Assembly: GCA_963801605.1 (NCBI GenBank)
Contig: CAWDFP010000006.1
Coordinates: 128,001-192,000 of the forward strand
Source: an uncultured candidate division Zixibacteria bacterium
GTDB taxonomy: Bacteria > Zixibacteria > MSB-5A5 > UBA10806
Direction of reading: 5' to 3'
DNA: 64,000 nt
The notes beneath the pieces are model-generated. The model worked only from the letters and a program-made list of their open reading frames with translations. It made no database searches and was not told the origin of the DNA. Shown here one piece after another: positions 60,051 through 64,000 of this stretch (its first letter is position 1; each line of letters starts with the position of its first letter). The translations under genes and the position numbers were made by a program.

Positions 60051-60632
60051 CTATTGAGTAAATGAATTATCTTCCCACCTAACGATCCGCCAGTAGCCAT
60101 CAGACGATTTTCTCATCTTAAATATTGCCAGGCCATTGGCCTCATACTGCTGGTAGCTGTATGATCCGGTTAAATCTCGAAGAGACAGGTAAAAGCTTAC
60201 CAGCCAGACTTCCCAGGTTTCGCCGGGGTGTTCAGCGGTCAGTGGGCCTTCCGGGTCCTGCCTAGCAGGAACCCAGGTATCAAGCCTGACTTCGCTGAAT
60301 GCGTCAAACAAACCGCGCGTACGATAAATATCCCCGGAAAGGCCATCGCGAGGAATTTCCACGGTCTCGATTTGGCCTTGTCGATCCTGATCAGTGTACA
60401 CGAAAACGAAGTTTCGGTCCAGGCAATTTTCATAAATATCTATATCGCGATTTTCGTAGGCATATTTAAAATTAGAAAGGACGTTGCTGGCATTCTCTTC
60501 ATCGGGGCAGGTGGCGCAATTCTGAGGCAGAATTGGGGCCAGAGAGCCTCGGCCTGCTTTTGGAGGCGAGAAGGGATTGGCGCAATAAAGCGCCATAAGC
60601 GCAATAATCGAAAGTATGCCAAGCTTTTTCAT
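60051..60632 (-). CDS. Lipoprotein, NTF2-like fold predicted
   Basis: ALYC-ANPF lipobox-like; VLSNFKYAYENRDIDIYENCLDRNFVF; WRIVRWED. Confidence 0.7.
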   Translation of the reverse strand: MKKLGILSIIALMALYCANPFSPPKAGRGSLAPILPQNCATCPDEENASNVLSNFKYAYENRDIDIYENCLDRNFVFVYTDQDRQGQIETVEIPRDGLSGDIYRTRGLFDAFSEVRLDTWVPARQDPEGPLTAEHPGETWEVWLVSFYLSLRDLTGSYSYQQYEANGLAIFKMRKSSDGYWRIVRWEDNSFTQ

Positions 60633-61234
60633 CGTCGATATTCCGCCTTAAAATCCGCCCAATCAGGAGAACCGGAACGGGCCGGAAGATCCTCCCACCA
60701 GCGGATTGTCCACCAATTGAGAGCCTCCTGAGACAGATGAAACGTGGCCAGGCCGGCAGCAGTTGCGGTATCGGGTACACCGGCATGAGTCATGACAACT
60801 AAGACAGTGTAGTTTCGATAAAGCACCGCCAGAGAATCTTCAACAAGATCGTTATGGTCAGGGGCAGGAAAGAGAAACAGGTATAATTTCATTGTATCAG
60901 AGCTTGAAAAAGTCGTAAATATATTTGTGGCAGCGGCCACTTCAGTTTGTTTATCCCAATCAACGAAAAGGTCGGGACGTCCATTGTTGACGGCATCAAT
61001 TGAATCCTCGGGCGACGAGAAAGCGAAGGAATCGGAAAAGCAAAGCTGGTAATTTGAGATGATGCGTTCGTTATAAGAGTTGAAAAGGTTTGTTATGACC
61101 AGATCAGGCGAATGCGGAGTTTCCCAGGTGCCGCCGGAGCCAATCGGCGGCTCGGTTCCACGAGTGGAAAAGGGACTTTTAGCACATCCCGATAGAAGCA
61201 AGAGCATTGCCAATATAATCAATCGTGTTTTCAA
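60629..61234 (-). CDS. Lipoprotein, paralog of the downstream gene
   Basis: LSGC lipobox; VITNLFNSYNER..NYQLCFSDSFAF; WTIRWWED. Confidence 0.72.
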   Translation of the reverse strand: MKTRLIILAMLLLLSGCAKSPFSTRGTEPPIGSGGTWETPHSPDLVITNLFNSYNERIISNYQLCFSDSFAFSSPEDSIDAVNNGRPDLFVDWDKQTEVAAATNIFTTFSSSDTMKLYLFLFPAPDHNDLVEDSLAVLYRNYTVLVVMTHAGVPDTATAAGLATFHLSQEALNWWTIRWWEDLPARSGSPDWADFKAEYRR

Positions 61235-63039
61235 AACAGATACTCCAGGCTCACGGTGGCATAATCGATAATTTCTTTGGGGCGCTCCATGAAACTTCGA
61301 ACGCGATGTGAAAAATCGAACCGGGTGCGCCTGGCTTTATCCCAGTTGAAAATCAGCTCAACTTCAAACAACATCTTGGTTTGCTCATCGGCTAAATAGC
61401 GGAGTTCGGCAACGTTTTCAGTGATGGGATTGGTTTTAAAATCATGGTTGTAGTCGTTGGTTTTCTCCCAGGAGAAAAACGGCGTGATCTGAAAGATTTG
61501 ATCGGGAGAATATGTTAGCCTGGTCTCCAAACCGTTTCTTCGACGATCCCAACTGAGGGCTTGCTGCCAACCATCATTCCAGAAAAGCTGTCCATAATCT
61601 TCATAACGATAAAGATAGGCCTGGTGCCAAGTTAATCTTTCGGAAATTATAAGGTTTAAATCTGTTCTCGAGGTGGCTCGTCTGAAGATCCTGTTTCTGG
61701 TTGGCGATTTTGGGCTGCGGTCGAAATCGAAAGTGATATAATTGGCCTGGATTTCGAAGCTTTGAGCAAGTGTTAGCGGCTCGTAAAGCCTCCAATTTGC
61801 AAAAGGTGACAATATATATGTATTGTTCTGGCTGTTATTGGCCGATTGAATTCCGGACACGTAAATTTGATGAAAGCTATTAGCGCCACCTGTCAAGCCG
61901 GCGGTGAAAAAGCGGCTGAAAATATGACTGAATCGTCCGTTAAAGACTAACGTTTTTTGATCGCGATCCTGACGATTGGACCCGATACTCGGATTGACAT
62001 AGGAGGTAACGCCAACCAGAAAATCGGCCGAAAGAGAATCAGATTCCGAAATCCTGAGTTTTCCCTGGAATGAGAGCTCGCCAAGTTCAGTTTTTTGATC
62101 CAAATCCACACCCTGAAAATCCTGGCTTGAGCGGCTCCAGGCATAGCTTAAAAGGCCACTGGCAATATTAGTAATCTCGCCGGAGAGAATTCCCTTATAA
62201 CCTCCTCCTCTACCATAGTTGTCGCGTTGTGGCGCAGTGGATTCCTCCAATAATGTATAGCGGTAGAGGTAACGAGATAGATGAGCATTACCATCAATCC
62301 TTAACCGTAAACTGGCGGGCAGGTTTATGGCCGCAGCAAAATCGCCCTGTCTCTCCTGCCTGATCTGTTTAACAATGTTATTGCTTCCGGCATTCGATCC
62401 GTAATATTTTTTGGCAGCTTCGACACCCCTCAATGATGCCCAAACTGTATCACCACTCGAAAAGCCTCGAAAAGCGCTTAGCGATCCTTTGCCTTCATCC
62501 GATGGTATATTAGAGAGATTGCGGCGATCAAACGAGGCATTAGATGCCAGGTTGATACCATAGAAATTTGATGATGCCAATTCGCTTTCTAATCCATATC
62601 CGGTTCCCTGATCGCTTTTATGAGTATCGAGATCGGAACGTTTAATGCGATCAAGCCTGAACATGGGAGTGATTTTGAGAAATTCCCAGGGACGGTAAGC
62701 AAGCCCCATGGCAAGTTCGGAGGATCGAACTCGGCGCTGGTCGAGGCCATTGACATTATATTCACCGGAGGTAACGAGACTGAAAGATTCAAGGAGCGAT
62801 TTTTCAGATTCGAATCGGGCAATAGCATTTTCCTGCCATCGGTTGGAGATACCTCTAATAAGGTTGGATTCTCCGTTAAACGAGGTGTTAAATGCAAAAC
62901 CGGGCTGCATGATATGATGATCGATCGAGGTTAGCCAATCGTAGGTTTGATTATCGCGATTGAAATCGAATTTGATGCCCGCTTCGGCCGTGGTGATTAA
63001 AAGTAAAAAATATAAGCAGACGAATGAAGGCCTTTTCAT
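61231..63039 (-). CDS. Large outer-membrane beta-barrel protein of unknown function
   Basis: Signal peptide, amphipathic strands throughout, C-terminal VSLEYLF beta-signal. Confidence 0.72.
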   Translation of the reverse strand: MKRPSFVCLYFLLLITTAEAGIKFDFNRDNQTYDWLTSIDHHIMQPGFAFNTSFNGESNLIRGISNRWQENAIARFESEKSLLESFSLVTSGEYNVNGLDQRRVRSSELAMGLAYRPWEFLKITPMFRLDRIKRSDLDTHKSDQGTGYGLESELASSNFYGINLASNASFDRRNLSNIPSDEGKGSLSAFRGFSSGDTVWASLRGVEAAKKYYGSNAGSNNIVKQIRQERQGDFAAAINLPASLRLRIDGNAHLSRYLYRYTLLEESTAPQRDNYGRGGGYKGILSGEITNIASGLLSYAWSRSSQDFQGVDLDQKTELGELSFQGKLRISESDSLSADFLVGVTSYVNPSIGSNRQDRDQKTLVFNGRFSHIFSRFFTAGLTGGANSFHQIYVSGIQSANNSQNNTYILSPFANWRLYEPLTLAQSFEIQANYITFDFDRSPKSPTRNRIFRRATSRTDLNLIISERLTWHQAYLYRYEDYGQLFWNDGWQQALSWDRRRNGLETRLTYSPDQIFQITPFFSWEKTNDYNHDFKTNPITENVAELRYLADEQTKMLFEVELIFNWDKARRTRFDFSHRVRSFMERPKEIIDYATVSLEYLF

Positions 63040-63040
63040 A

Positions 63041-63853
63041 TCAATCCCTGGCCAATTGGTAAAGCTCCAGAAAATCCCTCAATGACAACTGCTCCGCTCT
63101 TATATCGCCCTTTTTGCCGAGCCTGGCAAGATAATTCTCGATCTGGTCTTTGTTAAAGGACTTCCCCGCAACCTCCAGGCCTCGGGCTGCGAGCGAATTG
63201 ACTAATTTCTTGCGCTTCTGGGAGAAACAAGCCCTGACGAAATCACGGAAAGATGGGTAGTTTATCTCCCCAATCTTTTTATCGGGTGTAAGGGTTAAGA
63301 CTGTAGAATAGACTTTAGGTTTTGGGGAAAAGGATCCGGGCGGAATATCAAACACGCGCTTGATATTAAAATAAGATTGCGCCATTATCGATAGAGCGCC
63401 GTAGTCACGGCTATTGGGGTTGGCCTTGAGGCGGGCTGCAACCTCCTTTTGGACGGTAATGACCGCGAATTTGATGATATTTTGATATTCGATAAACCAT
63501 TCAACAATAGCTCCGCTGATATTATAAGGCAGGTTTCCGATAACCTTGAAATCTATTAATCCAAGCTCGCGCGGGTTAATCTTGATGATATCGCTCTCGA
63601 TAAGCCGGAAATTGGAACCACCGCCAAAGCGATTTTCGAGATTTGAAAGCAATTCGCGGTCGAGTTCTACTGCCGTTAAGTTTGCGCCTGCTTTTAAAAT
63701 GCGATCGGTGAGGATGCCCGTCCCGGGGCCAATTTCGAGGATGGTCTCCCCCGGTTTGATATCCAGGGCATTGACCAGTGAGTCGGCCTTATGGGGATCG
63801 ACCAGGAAGTTTTGGCCGAAACGTTTCTTAGGAGCAATATTAAACGCTATCAT
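63041..63853 (-). CDS. rsmA: 16S rRNA dimethyladenosine transferase
   Basis: KKRFGQNFL, LEIGPGTG, GNLPYNIS, QKEVA, FSPKPKV, QKRK, RAEQLS. Confidence 0.96.
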   Translation of the reverse strand: MIAFNIAPKKRFGQNFLVDPHKADSLVNALDIKPGETILEIGPGTGILTDRILKAGANLTAVELDRELLSNLENRFGGGSNFRLIESDIIKINPRELGLIDFKVIGNLPYNISGAIVEWFIEYQNIIKFAVITVQKEVAARLKANPNSRDYGALSIMAQSYFNIKRVFDIPPGSFSPKPKVYSTVLTLTPDKKIGEINYPSFRDFVRACFSQKRKKLVNSLAARGLEVAGKSFNKDQIENYLARLGKKGDIRAEQLSLRDFLELYQLARD

Positions 63854-63893
63854 TTAGTTAGCAGTGAATTTGTTGGCCTGATGTCGCATATTA

Positions 63894-64000
63894 TTACTCC
63901 AAATCTGGCACATAATGCCTGACGCGGAATGTGGCACCCAATGATATCGCAAGTTTGCGGCAGGCCTCGATATCTACACCCGGCAGATCGACAACTGAGG
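63894..64000 (-). CDS. C-terminal end of a probable TatD-associated radical SAM protein (partial)
   Basis: Manual translation SVVDLPGVDIEACRKLAISLGATFRVRHYVPDLE*; position upstream of rsmA fits. Confidence 0.55.
   Translation of the reverse strand, partial: SVVDLPGVDIEACRKLAISLGATFRVRHYVPDLE

Noticed and set aside
911..63857. Numerous short antisense or overlapping ORFs in the track (e.g. 11974-12540, 13153-13734, 25708-26289, 32880-33506, 45550-46029)
   Set aside because: Shadow frames of well-supported genes, with no motifs or translation signals.
63894..64000. pdxA upstream of rsmA
   Set aside because: The translation lacks PdxA C-terminal motifs and resembles a TatD-associated radical SAM end instead.

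Overview
Bacterial chromosomal window from a diderm organism. It is probably FCB-group, most likely candidate phylum Zixibacteria, inferred from Cys-rich C-terminal dockerin-like tails and a T9SS-type sorting tail. Ordinary genes include a MacAB/YknXYZ-type ABC exporter, hemW, ribA, an ECF sigma/anti-sigma pair, ftsEX-envC-holB-ricT-metG and rsmA. The unusual content is: (1) a ~2,630-aa surface protein with ~15 tandem 84-aa repeats, cohesin-like and dockerin-like modules and a T9SS-type tail, plus two unrelated secreted proteins sharing a near-identical dockerin-like tail, suggesting a non-cellulolytic cohesin-dockerin surface scaffold; (2) an uncharacterised PLP enzyme / DUF1611 / PP-loop-Zn ATPase cluster; (3) an archaeal-type HMG-CoA synthase-thiolase-DUF35 operon followed by methylcrotonyl-CoA carboxylase and hydratase genes, interrupted by AT-rich single-gene inserts, one UDG-like; (4) an unannotated, internally deleted RAYT transposase remnant between inverted REPs, with several REP families in the intergenic DNA; (5) several candidate structured RNAs. 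Many genes carry single-base frameshifts that look like long-read consensus errors. No rRNA, tRNA or CRISPR array was seen. All calls come from reading motifs by eye; no database search was run.
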